64,000 bases of DNA from Longimicrobiales bacterium (GCA_965238005.1 OZ250165.1:3264001-3328000); one strand, 5' to 3'; numbered from the stretch's first letter, positions 38,410-48,957 are shown. A program made the numbers and translations. The notes: a model not told the origin generated them from the letters alone.

Positions 38410-39527
38410 GCCCCCTCCTCGCGATCCGGACCCTTCTCTCGACGAAAAACCCCGTCCAGCACCTTCAAGTAGGCCTCCTGGTTGGCGCGCACGGAAAAGC
38501 GCTCGACCACCGTTCGGGCCGCCTCGAGTCCCACTCTCCTCCGTAACTCGGGGTCGGCTGCCAACTCGAGGATCGCGGCCTTCCATTCGCCGGGGTCGTT
38601 CACCAGGAAGCCGTTTACGCCGTCCCGGATGATCCGTGTGTTCGCGCCGATACGCGTGGCAACGGTCGGGATGCCGAGGGCCATGTATTGCAGGGCCTTG
38701 AGGCCGCTCTTTCCGAGAACCCAGTCATCGTCCGGTAGGGGATAGAGCCCGATATCGATGTCCTGAAGCTCCTCCACTTCGGTGGGCTCATGCCACGCGG
38801 TAGCGCTCACCTCCAGTCCCTCGATCTCGAAGTCGGGATCCCCGATGACCTTCAAGCGGAAGTCGATCTCCTCGTTCAGGTCCAAGAGCACCCGATCCAA
38901 GAGGTGGAGATACTTCGCCGTGCTGAGGCTCCCACTCCAACCCAGCGTCAGGAGACGGTCGTTCGTATACGGATTGGCGGGGAGAAACATATCCGTGTCG
39001 ATGGTGGAGGAGATGTCTGTCGTGCAATCGTTGTGTTTCCTGACGAACTCCTCGAGAGTGGGGGTGCAAACGATGACATGGTCTGCCTTTCGCATCAGGT
39101 AGACCATCTTCCGGCGACCTTTCAAGATCTTGACGAACCGGTTGGCGCTACTGGCGTGGCCGAGGAAAACCATGTCGTCGATATCGTAAACGAACCGCCT
39201 CAAGGCGAGGTCGAAGAGCCACTCGAAGACGGGCAATCCGAGGGGCGTGACCCAAAGGAAGATGTAGGCGCCGTCATAGAAGGGCGCTCGCAGCAGATCG
39301 CGAATGCGCCTGAGGTAACCCCACAGCGTCCAGAAGACCTTCTCGAGGAGCCTCCCCGGCTGGTATACGATCCTCTGAAAGCGCCGGCTCATGAAGGGCG
39401 AAACGGCTACCTCGTATCCGTGCGCCCGCCAATGACCGAAGTACTGCTCGTACTTCAGTCGCTGACCCGGAGCGACGTTTTCGGGATGTGGGCAGACGAC
39501 CAGAATGCGCTTGACGATCCGGCTCAT
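38406..39527 (-). CDS. GT4 glycosyltransferase
   Basis: YDIDD, GWSGS, GKSGLKALQYMA.G.P. Confidence 0.9.
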   Translation of the reverse strand: MSRIVKRILVVCPHPENVAPGQRLKYEQYFGHWRAHGYEVAVSPFMSRRFQRIVYQPGRLLEKVFWTLWGYLRRIRDLLRAPFYDGAYIFLWVTPLGLPVFEWLFDLALRRFVYDIDDMVFLGHASSANRFVKILKGRRKMVYLMRKADHVIVCTPTLEEFVRKHNDCTTDISSTIDTDMFLPANPYTNDRLLTLGWSGSLSTAKYLHLLDRVLLDLNEEIDFRLKVIGDPDFEIEGLEVSATAWHEPTEVEELQDIDIGLYPLPDDDWVLGKSGLKALQYMALGIPTVATRIGANTRIIRDGVNGFLVNDPGEWKAAILELAADPELRRRVGLEAARTVVERFSVRANQEAYLKVLDGVFRREKGPDREEGA

Positions 39528-39531
39528 ATCC

Positions 39532-40494
39532 TCAGGAATCGACCTTCCTGCCAACGGCGTGCCAGTAAGGCGCCGCTTCCGAGAACTTCACGTCATCGAG
39601 TCCGGCGTTCTTCATCATGTCGGAGATCGCCTCTCTCGTGAACCTATGCTCCACCGGAGTGCCGAACCGGTCGAGGGCGTCGTTGCGCATTACCCACCCG
39701 GACTTGTCCGCGTAGTAGTGGAGGGGAACCTTCTCGAACAGCCTCTCTCCAAAGACGGTCCTCACCACTCGGGCAAGTCCCGCCAGGGGAAAGTACACCA
39801 TCAGTGCGATGGCCTCGCACACCCACTCCTTCAACTTCCCCGGGAGCCTGGAAACCACGCGGCGGACCACATTCGAAATGTGGAACGCCAGCTTATAGCC
39901 CGGACCCCGGTTGTCGAGCGCATAATAGAGATAGAGCAGGAACAAGCCACCAGGCTTGAGCTTTCGCGTCGCGGTGGACAGGGCAGCCCCTGTATCCGGA
40001 AGGTGGTGTAACACCCCCAGGGAGAAGATGAAATCGAACGAATGATCCGCGAAGGGGATGCTGTTCACGCCCGCTCGCGTGACCCGAACGTTGTCTAGAT
40101 CACTGGTCAGGGCCTGAGCGGCCACAACTGCCTCACTGGGGTCTATGGCTTCGATGAATCCGACCCTGGGGGCCAGATAGCGTGACCAACGCCCCGATCC
40201 ACATCCCAGATCCAGCGCCACGGTCTCCGGGCTGAAATACTCCTCGTCCACGACGTCGAAGTACTCATCGCCGATCTGGGCGATCGCCTTCTCGGTAAAC
40301 GTGTTGAACTTCTTCCACTCACGCCCGAACGAAGCCACGGTCACGGCATCCAGGTTTGCGCTGTCGTCACGCGCGAAGTGAGCAATGCGTCCACCCTCGA
40401 CCTCCATCCAGGCGTCGGGATCCCCCGTGTACGGGATCGACCGGTCGGCCCCCGACGGGTTGGGCGCCTCTGGTACGCGTTCCTCGCTCATCAT
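39532..40494 (-). CDS. Class I SAM-dependent methyltransferase
   Basis: LDLGCGSGR, SLGVLHH. Confidence 0.9.
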   Translation of the reverse strand: MMSEERVPEAPNPSGADRSIPYTGDPDAWMEVEGGRIAHFARDDSANLDAVTVASFGREWKKFNTFTEKAIAQIGDEYFDVVDEEYFSPETVALDLGCGSGRWSRYLAPRVGFIEAIDPSEAVVAAQALTSDLDNVRVTRAGVNSIPFADHSFDFIFSLGVLHHLPDTGAALSTATRKLKPGGLFLLYLYYALDNRGPGYKLAFHISNVVRRVVSRLPGKLKEWVCEAIALMVYFPLAGLARVVRTVFGERLFEKVPLHYYADKSGWVMRNDALDRFGTPVEHRFTREAISDMMKNAGLDDVKFSEAAPYWHAVGRKVDS

Positions 40495-40498
40495 CTCG

Positions 40499-40525
40499 CG
40501 AGACACTTCAGTAACACCACACTAG
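40499..40525. repeat. Solo MITE end (CTAGTGTGGTGTTACTGAAGTGTCTC on the minus strand)
   Basis: Matches the terminal repeat of the 33689-33939 element. Confidence 0.6.
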
Positions 40526-40552
40526 CAGCCCGGTGGACGCCTCGCACGGCGA

Positions 40553-41479
40553 TCAAAGAGAAGTCCGGCCGACAAAGAAGTAACGATTGCCCCAGACGCG
40601 GGGTCGGAGGTGAGACACGATCCGTGACATCTTGCGGATCATGAACAGTCCCACGGCACGGGGATTCTTCGCGTCTTGGATCGTCAGGTGTGAAGGGGCC
40701 GGCCAATGCGTCTCTTCCATGACATATTCGACTGTTTCCAGGGCATGACCTGCGAACAGTGCCTTCTGACCCGTGGTCGTGGCCAGAGTCACGTGGTAGG
40801 GAGGCATCTCGACGTCCCGGTGGCGAAGCACGCTCCGAACGGACTTCAACATCCAGAGAAAAAAACACGGATTCGCTTCGAGCGGCCCGGCCGCGACCAG
40901 GAGGCCACCCGGCTTGATCAGGCGGATGATCTCGGGTAACTGGGACTCCAGGTCGGTAAGATGCTCGAGGACGTCACCTAGGAAGAGGACGTCGGCAAGG
41001 AGGCCCTCATTCATCCAGTCCACGGGCGGGTACGTGACTACACGTGCTCCGGTGAGCGTCGCTGTCTCGCGGGCCACGTCGGCACCGTATTCGATCCCGA
41101 CGGCGTCCCATCCGAGACTCCCTGCCAAAGAGAGAAGCTGGCCACGGCCACAACCGAAGTCCAGAAACGTGCCCTCCCGGACAGAGCCGAGCACCTCGGT
41201 GAGGCGCCGTGAGGCAGTTTCCAGTTCCGGAGTCGAATGACCTTCTTCGGCCAGGGAGCCCCCGAAGTAGCCGGCGCTGTACATCTGCGCCAACGTGTGA
41301 TCGTTCGGCATGGGACTGCAGCGAAGAGAGTGACAGGCGACGCACTCGATGTATTCAAACGTCAGGCCGGCGTAGCGTGTCTTCCCGAGCCAGGAGGATG
41401 TGCCGCCAACCTCCCCGCAGAGCGGGCAGGACTCGTCTTTCTTTGCAGTGGCAGTGATAGTGTTCACACCTGGGATCAC
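40553..41479 (-). CDS. Class I SAM methyltransferase with N-terminal CxxC..CxxC
   Basis: CPLCG...CVAC; LDFGCG.G; DVLEHL. Confidence 0.88.
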   Translation of the reverse strand: MIPGVNTITATAKKDESCPLCGEVGGTSSWLGKTRYAGLTFEYIECVACHSLRCSPMPNDHTLAQMYSAGYFGGSLAEEGHSTPELETASRRLTEVLGSVREGTFLDFGCGRGQLLSLAGSLGWDAVGIEYGADVARETATLTGARVVTYPPVDWMNEGLLADVLFLGDVLEHLTDLESQLPEIIRLIKPGGLLVAAGPLEANPCFFLWMLKSVRSVLRHRDVEMPPYHVTLATTTGQKALFAGHALETVEYVMEETHWPAPSHLTIQDAKNPRAVGLFMIRKMSRIVSHLRPRVWGNRYFFVGRTSL

Positions 41480-41524
41480 TCGATGTCATTCAACGGCGCG
41501 GAGGGCTGCGCGCTCTGCGGGAAT

Positions 41525-43414
41525 CTACGAGGGCATCGAGAACTTTCCCCTCCGCAACCACTTCTCGAGAGTCAGGAGCGCCCAAAGTTGATGCCCGTAG
41601 TCGGCCTCGTGGCGGAAGTGGGCTTCGGCCATGCTCCGCACCGGGCCTGGCTCGATCCAGTCCCTGATCCGCGCATCGTCGGCCAGCAGAAAGTCCTCGA
41701 CCAGCGGCCTCCAGTGGGTTCTGAACCATACCGGAAGCGGCACACCGAACCCCATCTTTCCACGACTTCGGATCTCGGCCGGAAGCAGGTCGTGAAACGC
41801 CTCCTTGAGAACGTGCTTCAAGGACCGTCCTCGGACCTTCAGGCGATCGGGGAGAGCCGCCGCGTACTCCATGAGCTCCCGGTCCAGGAAGGGGGCACGC
41901 AGCTCGAGGCCATGGGCCATGGAGCACCGGTCCGCCTTCACCAGGAGATCGTCCGGTAGGTACGTCTCGAAGTTCAGGGCCAGAGCCCGGGCCAAGGGGG
42001 AGAGATCCGCGCTCCTCTCCAAGGGCTCCCTGAAGCTCCTCGTTATCTCCGCACGCGACAGGAGATCCCTGAGCTCCGGCCTCAAGAGCTCGTCCAGTCG
42101 ATCGCCGAAGTAGCCGATCCAGCGCAGAGTCCTCTCTTCGGCCGGTAACGCGGCCGCTTCGAAGAAGCGTGTCGCCCTCCGCGACAGGCTTCGGAAGCTC
42201 GCGTTATGGGGAAGACGCCGCCCGATCGAGTAGCCGAGTCGGGCGATAGGCGGGGGGATGGACTCGGCGATTCTGGCTGCCAGAAAACGGAGGTACCCGG
42301 CGAACAGTTCGTCCCCTGCGTCACCGGTCAGTGCCACCGTGACGTGTTCTCGGGTGAGGCGTGATACGATGTACGTCGGGATCGCCGATGAGTCGCCGAA
42401 CGGCTCGTCATGATGGTGCACGAGGTCGTCCACGAGATCGATGGCGCCGGCCTCGACCACGAATTTGGTGTGATCCGTGCCGAAGCGCTTGGACGCCAGT
42501 TCAGCGAAGGCCGTCTCGTCATAGTCGGGATCGTCGGCAAAACCGATAGAGAAGGTCCGCACCGGCTCCTCCATCATCTGACTCATCAGCCCGACGACGA
42601 TCGTCGAATCGATGCCTCCGCTCAAGAAGGCACCCAGAGGCACGTCCGAGATCAGACGGCGCTCGACAGCTCGACGAGTGAGTTCCCGCACGCTCCGAGC
42701 CGCCTCGGCACCGGAGACAGAACGGGGAGTGAAGTCCAACCGCCAGTACCGTTCCCGTCGAGTCTCTCCGTCCCGACCCACTCGCAGACTGGTGCCGGGA
42801 GGGGCCTTCCGGATCGAGCGGTAGAAAGTCCCTGGGGTGGGGATGTATCCATACGTCAGGTAAAGCGGCACCGCCGCCGGATCGAGAGTGTCGTCCACGT
42901 CGCTTGCAGCGAGGATGGCCTTGATCTCGGATGCGAAGATTACCAGCCCGTCTTTCTCGTAGACGAAGAGGGGCTTCTGGCCGGCCCGATCCCTGGCGAG
43001 AAACAGCTCACCGCTAGCCTCGCTCCAGACAGCGAAGGCGAACATGCCCTCGAGCCGGCCGGGGAGCTCGGTGCCCCACTCCTCGTATCCGTGGGCCAGG
43101 ACCTCGGTGTCACTCTGGGTACGAAAGTGGTGTCCCAGACTCTCGAGCTCCCGACGGAGCTCTCGATGGTTATAGATCTCGCCGTTGAAGACGACCTGGA
43201 CGGAACCGTCTTCGTTGGGCATGGGCTGGTCACCGGTTTCGAGATCGATGACCTTGAGCCGTGTGTGACCCAGGGCGCAGCGTCCCGTCGGAGACCGATA
43301 GCAGGAACGACCGTCGGGCCCCCGGTGAGCCAGCGTGTCGGCCATGGGGGCAATTTCGTCGAGGGCCGGATGACCTCCCCCACGCATGTGTATCACTCCG
43401 ACGATTCCGCACAC
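41525..43414 (-). CDS. asnB: Asparagine synthase-like glutamine amidotransferase (glycan amidation)
   Basis: N-terminal MCGI, HRGPD, FNGEIYN, LSGGIDS, K.DR.SMA..LE.R.PFLD. Confidence 0.95.
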   Translation of the reverse strand: MCGIVGVIHMRGGGHPALDEIAPMADTLAHRGPDGRSCYRSPTGRCALGHTRLKVIDLETGDQPMPNEDGSVQVVFNGEIYNHRELRRELESLGHHFRTQSDTEVLAHGYEEWGTELPGRLEGMFAFAVWSEASGELFLARDRAGQKPLFVYEKDGLVIFASEIKAILAASDVDDTLDPAAVPLYLTYGYIPTPGTFYRSIRKAPPGTSLRVGRDGETRRERYWRLDFTPRSVSGAEAARSVRELTRRAVERRLISDVPLGAFLSGGIDSTIVVGLMSQMMEEPVRTFSIGFADDPDYDETAFAELASKRFGTDHTKFVVEAGAIDLVDDLVHHHDEPFGDSSAIPTYIVSRLTREHVTVALTGDAGDELFAGYLRFLAARIAESIPPPIARLGYSIGRRLPHNASFRSLSRRATRFFEAAALPAEERTLRWIGYFGDRLDELLRPELRDLLSRAEITRSFREPLERSADLSPLARALALNFETYLPDDLLVKADRCSMAHGLELRAPFLDRELMEYAAALPDRLKVRGRSLKHVLKEAFHDLLPAEIRSRGKMGFGVPLPVWFRTHWRPLVEDFLLADDARIRDWIEPGPVRSMAEAHFRHEADYGHQLWALLTLEKWLRRGKFSMPS

Positions 43415-43469
43415 AGATCAACAATCCGCCTGCCGGACGCCCGTGTCACGCCCCCTCACTCGATCCGCC

Positions 43470-44732
43470 TCATCGGCCCCTCGCCCGCATTAGCGGGGAT
43501 CGCACAGACCTGGCCTTCCACCATCCCGTCTGCATGATCACGCGCTCCTTCAACCAAGACAGCCCGACTCCGGTGAAGACGAAGAAGAGAGGCATGATCT
43601 GAGCCCGATGCCGATACGCCGTGCCGAAGTTTCCCTCTACCAGTCCGTAGCTGGAGACCACGATCACGAGCACGGACAGCACGATCATCACGTTGGTGAG
43701 ACCGCCCCGCATTGAGATCCTCAAGCCCTTGATGGCGAGGATGAAGAGCGGATACCAGAGCAGCGTCTCGGGCATGGCCGTGAGCTGGAGCGTTGTCTCG
43801 ATGGACCAAGGGAACGGAGCGAAGAGAAGGTAGGAGACCCCCAGGGGAAGATACCTCAGCGCGCCTCCAATGGTCTCGGTCTCGGCACCAAGACCGAAGG
43901 CGGATGTGGCGCCGGCCTGCAAGCCCATTCGTAGGATTTGAGCCGTCTCCAGCGCCGTCTCGGGCCGGACCGCGGAGAACAGCCCCACCTGGTCGGCGAG
44001 GTAGGTGAACGCGAGAGCCACCACGGTACCAAAGGCCATCGTGCCCACTATCCGGTCCGGCCGCAGCGCGGTGAAGCTCCCGATGGCGAGCCCGGCCACC
44101 ACGACGAAAGCCATGTAATCCCTCAGCAGCCCCAGACCCAGTAGCGCTCCGACGAAAATCCAGGCGCGAGACAGGCGGAACCGCTTGGTCAACCGGACAC
44201 CGGAGAGGACGAGCAGGACGATGAAGAACGTAGCCAGTGCGTCGCGGATGTTGAGGATCGACCAGAGGACTAGGGACGGGAAGAACCCGGTCAACAGGGC
44301 CGCAACCTTGGCAGACCGGACGGTCAGAACCTCCCGGGTGAGGTAGAAAGTCATGAGCGCAGTCCCGACCCCCGCAAACATGTTGAGCACCACGAGGGCG
44401 ATGCTGGATTCTCCGAAGATGAAGTGGAAGACCGCGTTCAGATGGTAATACCCTGGGCGCCAGCCTTCTCGGATCGCCTGAGGGGCCGGGCCCGCGCCGG
44501 ACCAGTAGTTGCTGATCGCCTCCCCAATCCGCTCGTAGGCCATGGCGTCGGGCGCAAAGAAGTAGGGAGAAATCTGGACGTGCACGATCAGCGCCAAGAC
44601 GATGCGCAACCCCAGCGCGGCCAAAACGAACCGGAAGAGCCATCCCTTGACGGCCACATCCGGCTCGCGAGACACGAGCACCAGAGTGAGGGCGAGCAGT
44701 ACGATCAGCTCGATCGTGAACGGGAGGGCCAC
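43470..44732 (-). CDS. Polytopic membrane protein (Wzy/GT-C-like); true start probably 44821 across a homopolymer frameshift
   Basis: APDAMAY, FFPSL..WS..NIRD, LFAPFPW, NFGTAYRHR. Confidence 0.65.
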   Translation of the reverse strand: MALPFTIELIVLLALTLVLVSREPDVAVKGWLFRFVLAALGLRIVLALIVHVQISPYFFAPDAMAYERIGEAISNYWSGAGPAPQAIREGWRPGYYHLNAVFHFIFGESSIALVVLNMFAGVGTALMTFYLTREVLTVRSAKVAALLTGFFPSLVLWSILNIRDALATFFIVLLVLSGVRLTKRFRLSRAWIFVGALLGLGLLRDYMAFVVVAGLAIGSFTALRPDRIVGTMAFGTVVALAFTYLADQVGLFSAVRPETALETAQILRMGLQAGATSAFGLGAETETIGGALRYLPLGVSYLLFAPFPWSIETTLQLTAMPETLLWYPLFILAIKGLRISMRGGLTNVMIVLSVLVIVVSSYGLVEGNFGTAYRHRAQIMPLFFVFTGVGLSWLKERVIMQTGWWKARSVRSPLMRARGR

Positions 44733-44817
44733 CCCCGGTTCTCGATCACCGCCAGCCCGAGCAGCGCCGACGCCACCACAACCATGACGATGGCGATGGC
44801 GCCGGCGTTGGAAGACC

Positions 44818-46238
44818 TCACGCGTTCTCGGTCCCGGACACTCGGAGGGTGAGCTCGGACTCGTCACCTCCCTGCCGCATTCCCCCCGCCTTCCACCATC
44901 GACCCTGAGCCCACTCTGGCATCCCGGCCAACCCCACCATACCCAGCAACGCCCAGACGTGTCTGAAGTCCTCGCTGGCCACGGCGACGCCGTGGACGGC
45001 GACGGCAATGAGCGCAAGCAGGAGAGCCGCGTTACGCCGCGTGGTACCGTCGCGGATCAGTGCCCGTACCAGAATCACCACCGCACCGCTGATCAGTGCG
45101 AACCCCGCAAGGCCGTATTGACCGAGGAGACTCAGATAGAGGTTGTGGGCGTCCCAGAGCGAGAGCGTGCTCGAGCCGCTGAGGGGGTCCATGGCCTCTG
45201 CCAGATAGGGGCTCGCGCCCACTCCTGCCAGAGGCGACTCCAGGACCGCCTGCCACGCAGAGGCCCAGATGCCCCACCGGATCCCGCTGGCCGAGATGGA
45301 CAGGCCACCGAGGTTGAAGCCCATGGGAAGGAGCAGCCCCATCAACGTCGTTGTGAAGATCGTCACGCCAGCCACCAGGAGAATCACCGGACCAGGCCGC
45401 TTCCGATCGAGTGAGACCCGGCCATGGCGCTGGCGCATCGTGAGGAGCCCGATGACCGCCAGCAGAACCCCCGCTCCGATCCACGCCGACGAGATCGTCA
45501 GGAAGAGGGTCACGCCCAAAACCCATGCACCTACCGTGGTCCAGACACCGAAGTCCTGGCGGAGGGGACGCCAGCGGGCCCAGAGAAGCGCTCCGGACAC
45601 CACCAGGTAGTCGCCGAACATGGTAGGGTGAAGGAACGGTCCTGACAGCCGGGGTGCTGGCAATCCACGGATCGAGCCGCCTCGGTAGAGCACTTGCTCA
45701 TGGAGGGGACCAGGTCCGACGAGCGCGAAGACCCACGTGACGACAAGACAGATCGCCGTGCCGAGGAGCCACGCGTCAGCCGCCTTGCCCCACTCCGCCC
45801 CGCACCAGATGATGGCCAAGGCGCCCAGTCCGAGGGCTGCGTACGCTACGCCCTTACCGTGTGAACGCCCCACGCACCCCCCAAGGCGCCCCACGCGCTG
45901 AATGCCATGAAGAACAGTGCTGCGACGTGGAACGCCCTATGCACAGGGAGGAGGGGCACGCCCTCTCTCCTGCGGCTCAGGAAGTGCGGGATCATCCGGC
46001 CGAGGTCGGCGATGCCGGCCAGAATGACGATGGCAAGGAAGACATCGCTCAGCGTGGCCATGGCGCCGTTCACCGGCATCACGAAGAGGTGGCCGATGGG
46101 CAAGACAACGAGATAGCCGAAGACAGCGTAGCGCAGGATCAGCGGATCCGGAATGGGCTGTGATGGCTCCGGTAGGTCCGGCCCGGACTCCGCGGCCACC
46201 CCGGCACCCGCGTCCAAGCCGGAGACTTCATCACTCAT
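44818..46238 (-). pseudogene. O-antigen ligase/polymerase (Wzy_C) split by a frameshift near 45860
   Basis: 130-aa N-terminal TM part (46238-45846) and a C-terminal part with R..IW...PL.GVG...AHNLYL in another frame. Confidence 0.75.
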
Positions 46239-47041
46239 GAGAGTCCTCCCGTATAGTGGCTCACCACAGCCCGCACCAACCCCGCAACCGTGAACTCCTC
46301 GGCCTCGACCACAACGTCGTAGCCGAGCTCCCGAGCGGCCGATGCCGTAACCGGGCCTATGACGGCGGCCCGAGCGATCGGCGGCCCTTCGACAAGCCGA
46401 TGAAAGCCCCGGACGGACGAGGGTGATGTGAAGGTAACCAGATCCACCCCCTTCTCGAGCTGGGCTAGCAAGTCGGGGGAAGCGTCGTCGACGGCCACCG
46501 TCCGGTATGTCGTGACGACGTCTACCACCGCACCCCGTCCCCGAAGCCCTGTCGGTAGAACGTCTCTGGCCCCGGCGGCCACCGGAAGGAGCACGCGCCG
46601 GCCGTCCAGGGGGCCGGCTGCCGCCAAGGCATCCAAGACCCCCTCGGCCACATGGGTCTCGGGCACCAGGTCAACGGAGAGACCGATGGCCTCCGCGGCC
46701 CGCGCGGTCGCGGGTCCGATGCAGCAGACTCGAACCGTGGCCAGGGCACCGGCCGTGTCGATCCCCGCCTCAGAAGCGGCCCGGGCGAAGGACTCCACGC
46801 CGTTGGTCGACGTGAACACCGCCCAGTCGTACTCGGCCGCGCCGCGAACGGCACGACGAAGGCGCTGGGGGTCGTCCGGAGGTGCGATACGAATGGTGGG
46901 AAAGCGGAGAACGCGGGCCCCTAGACCTTCAAGCGCCTCAGCCAGCTCTTCGGCTTGCGCCTTCGGCCTGGTAACCACCAGGGTCCGGTCGGTGAGGGGG
47001 GGGACACCAACCGACACTTCAAATGTTTCGGCAGTGTTCAT
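46235..47041 (-). CDS. hemD: Uroporphyrinogen-III synthase
   Basis: VVTRP, FTSTNGV, CIGPATA, FTSPSSV, IGPVTA. Confidence 0.92.
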   Translation of the reverse strand: MNTAETFEVSVGVPPLTDRTLVVTRPKAQAEELAEALEGLGARVLRFPTIRIAPPDDPQRLRRAVRGAAEYDWAVFTSTNGVESFARAASEAGIDTAGALATVRVCCIGPATARAAEAIGLSVDLVPETHVAEGVLDALAAAGPLDGRRVLLPVAAGARDVLPTGLRGRGAVVDVVTTYRTVAVDDASPDLLAQLEKGVDLVTFTSPSSVRGFHRLVEGPPIARAAVIGPVTASAARELGYDVVVEAEEFTVAGLVRAVVSHYTGGLS

Positions 47042-47064
47042 GGGCCCTAATATATCCCCCCTCC

Positions 47065-48897
47065 TCAGTCGAGGGCGAAGTCGCGTTTGCCAGGCCTCAG
47101 AAGGGCCGGATCCTGCTCTGCCTTCTCGACAAGGCAGTTCTCCACCACCAGGACGTCCAGCTCCGTTCCCATGAAGCACTTGAAGGCGTCTTCGGGCGTG
47201 CACACGATGGGCTCCCCGCGGACGTTGAAGCTCGTGTTGACCAGCACGGAGCAGCCCGTGCGACCCTTGAATCTACGGAGAAGCGCGTGGGTCCTGGGAT
47301 TGCTGTCCCGGGCGACCGTCTGAACTCGGGCCGAGAAGTCCACGTGGGTCACCGCGGGAATGTCACTTCGTGCTACCTTGAGCTGCTCCAGCCCCTCTGC
47401 CGGCGTGGACGGTAGATGCCGCCGACGCTCCTGGGCCACGCCGGCCACGAGGAGCATGTATGGGCTGGCCTCGTCCAGCTCGAACCAGTCCTGCACGTCC
47501 TCCTCGAGCACCATGGGCGCGAAGGGCCGGAAAGACTCCCGGTACTTGACCTGCAGATTGAGCTTCTTCTGCATCTCCGGCTGCCGGGGATCGGCCAGGA
47601 TGGACCGGTTACCGAGGGCGCGTGGCCCGAACTCCATGCGGCCCTGGAACCAGCCCACGGACCGCCCCTCGGCCAGGGCATCGGCGGTACGGTCCAGGAT
47701 CTCGTCGTCGGAGAGCGTGTGAATCCGCGCCCCGGCCCCCTCGAGTCGGGCGCGGGCGTCGTCCGGCTCGAAGCGGGGCCCCAGATAGGCCCCCGACATG
47801 GCGTCGGGCTCCTGGACGGACCTCGGCTCGCCGAGGAACCCATGGTACGTGGCTAGTGCGGCCCCCACCGCTCCACCTGCGTCAACGGCGGCTGGCTGGA
47901 TCCAGATCCGCTCGAAGCAGCCGTCTCGGAGGACCTCGCCGTTGGCCACACAGTTGAGAGCGACGCCGCCGGCCAGGCACAGGTTGGACAGTCCGGTCTC
48001 CGCGGCGATGGAGCGGGCGAGTCGTAGAACGACCTCTTCAGTCACCGCCTGGACGGAGGCCGCCAGGTCCATGTCCTCACGGCGAAGCTTCGACTCGGGG
48101 GGCCTCGGTGGGACTCCGAAGAGCTCGGTGAAGCGGTCGCTGGTCATGCGGAGTCCGGTGCAGTAGTCGAAGTACGACTGGTCGAGACGGAACGAGCCGT
48201 CGTCCTTCACGTCGATGATGTGGTCGAGAATGGTCTGCTTCCACCGGGGCGTCCCGTACGGTGCCAACCCCATGAGCTTGTACTCACCCGAGTTGACCCT
48301 GAACCCGGTCTGATAGGTGAACGCGGAGTAGAGGAGTCCAAGAGAGTGGGGAAAGTGAATCTCGCGGTGGATCTCGAGCTCCCGCCCTCGCCCTACGCCC
48401 CAGGCGGTAGGCGCCCATTCACCGACGCCGTCCAGCGAGAGGACGGCGGCTTCGGTGAACGGCGACGGGAAGAAGGCCGACGCCTGGTGGCTGATATGGT
48501 GCTCGGTGAACAGCAGAGGGGGCAGTCGCCCTGCCCGACCCTCAGGTGCCCACTCCTCGAGCGACTTCTCGAGAAGGCGCTTGAGAAACAGCTTCTCCCT
48601 GAGCCACACTGGAATGGCGGCTTGGAATGAGCGAAATCCGCGTGGAGCCAGAGCCAGGTAGGTCTCGACCAGCCGCTCGAACTTGATGAAGGGCTTGTCG
48701 TAGAACGTCACATAGTCGACGTCGGCCAGGGCTCCCGGGCACCTCTCGAGGCAGTAGGCCACGGCATTGCGGGGAAAGCGCGCGTCGTGCTTCCTGCGGG
48801 TGAAGCGCTCTTCCTGCGCCGCCGCCACGATGCGGCCGTCCTCCACCAACGCCGCAGCGCTGTCGTGGTAGAACGCCGACAGTCCGAGGATGCGCAC
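47065..48897 (-). CDS. O-carbamoyltransferase (NodU/CmcH/SxtI family)
   Basis: HDSAAA...QEERF.R.KH, EHH.SH, GEYKLMGLAPYG, GPRALG.RSIL, NTSFN. Confidence 0.95.
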   Translation of the reverse strand: MRILGLSAFYHDSAAALVEDGRIVAAAQEERFTRRKHDARFPRNAVAYCLERCPGALADVDYVTFYDKPFIKFERLVETYLALAPRGFRSFQAAIPVWLREKLFLKRLLEKSLEEWAPEGRAGRLPPLLFTEHHISHQASAFFPSPFTEAAVLSLDGVGEWAPTAWGVGRGRELEIHREIHFPHSLGLLYSAFTYQTGFRVNSGEYKLMGLAPYGTPRWKQTILDHIIDVKDDGSFRLDQSYFDYCTGLRMTSDRFTELFGVPPRPPESKLRREDMDLAASVQAVTEEVVLRLARSIAAETGLSNLCLAGGVALNCVANGEVLRDGCFERIWIQPAAVDAGGAVGAALATYHGFLGEPRSVQEPDAMSGAYLGPRFEPDDARARLEGAGARIHTLSDDEILDRTADALAEGRSVGWFQGRMEFGPRALGNRSILADPRQPEMQKKLNLQVKYRESFRPFAPMVLEEDVQDWFELDEASPYMLLVAGVAQERRRHLPSTPAEGLEQLKVARSDIPAVTHVDFSARVQTVARDSNPRTHALLRRFKGRTGCSVLVNTSFNVRGEPIVCTPEDAFKCFMGTELDVLVVENCLVEKAEQDPALLRPGKRDFALD

Positions 48898-48916
48898 GCC
48901 GGGCTACTGACCGGTG

Positions 48917-48957
48917 TAGTGTGGTGTCCCAGAAGTGTCTCGGCAACGGAACACTAG
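48917..48957. repeat. Collapsed copy of the CTAG MITE
   Basis: TAGTGTGGTGTCCCAGAAGTGTCTCGGC...ACACTAG. Confidence 0.7.
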
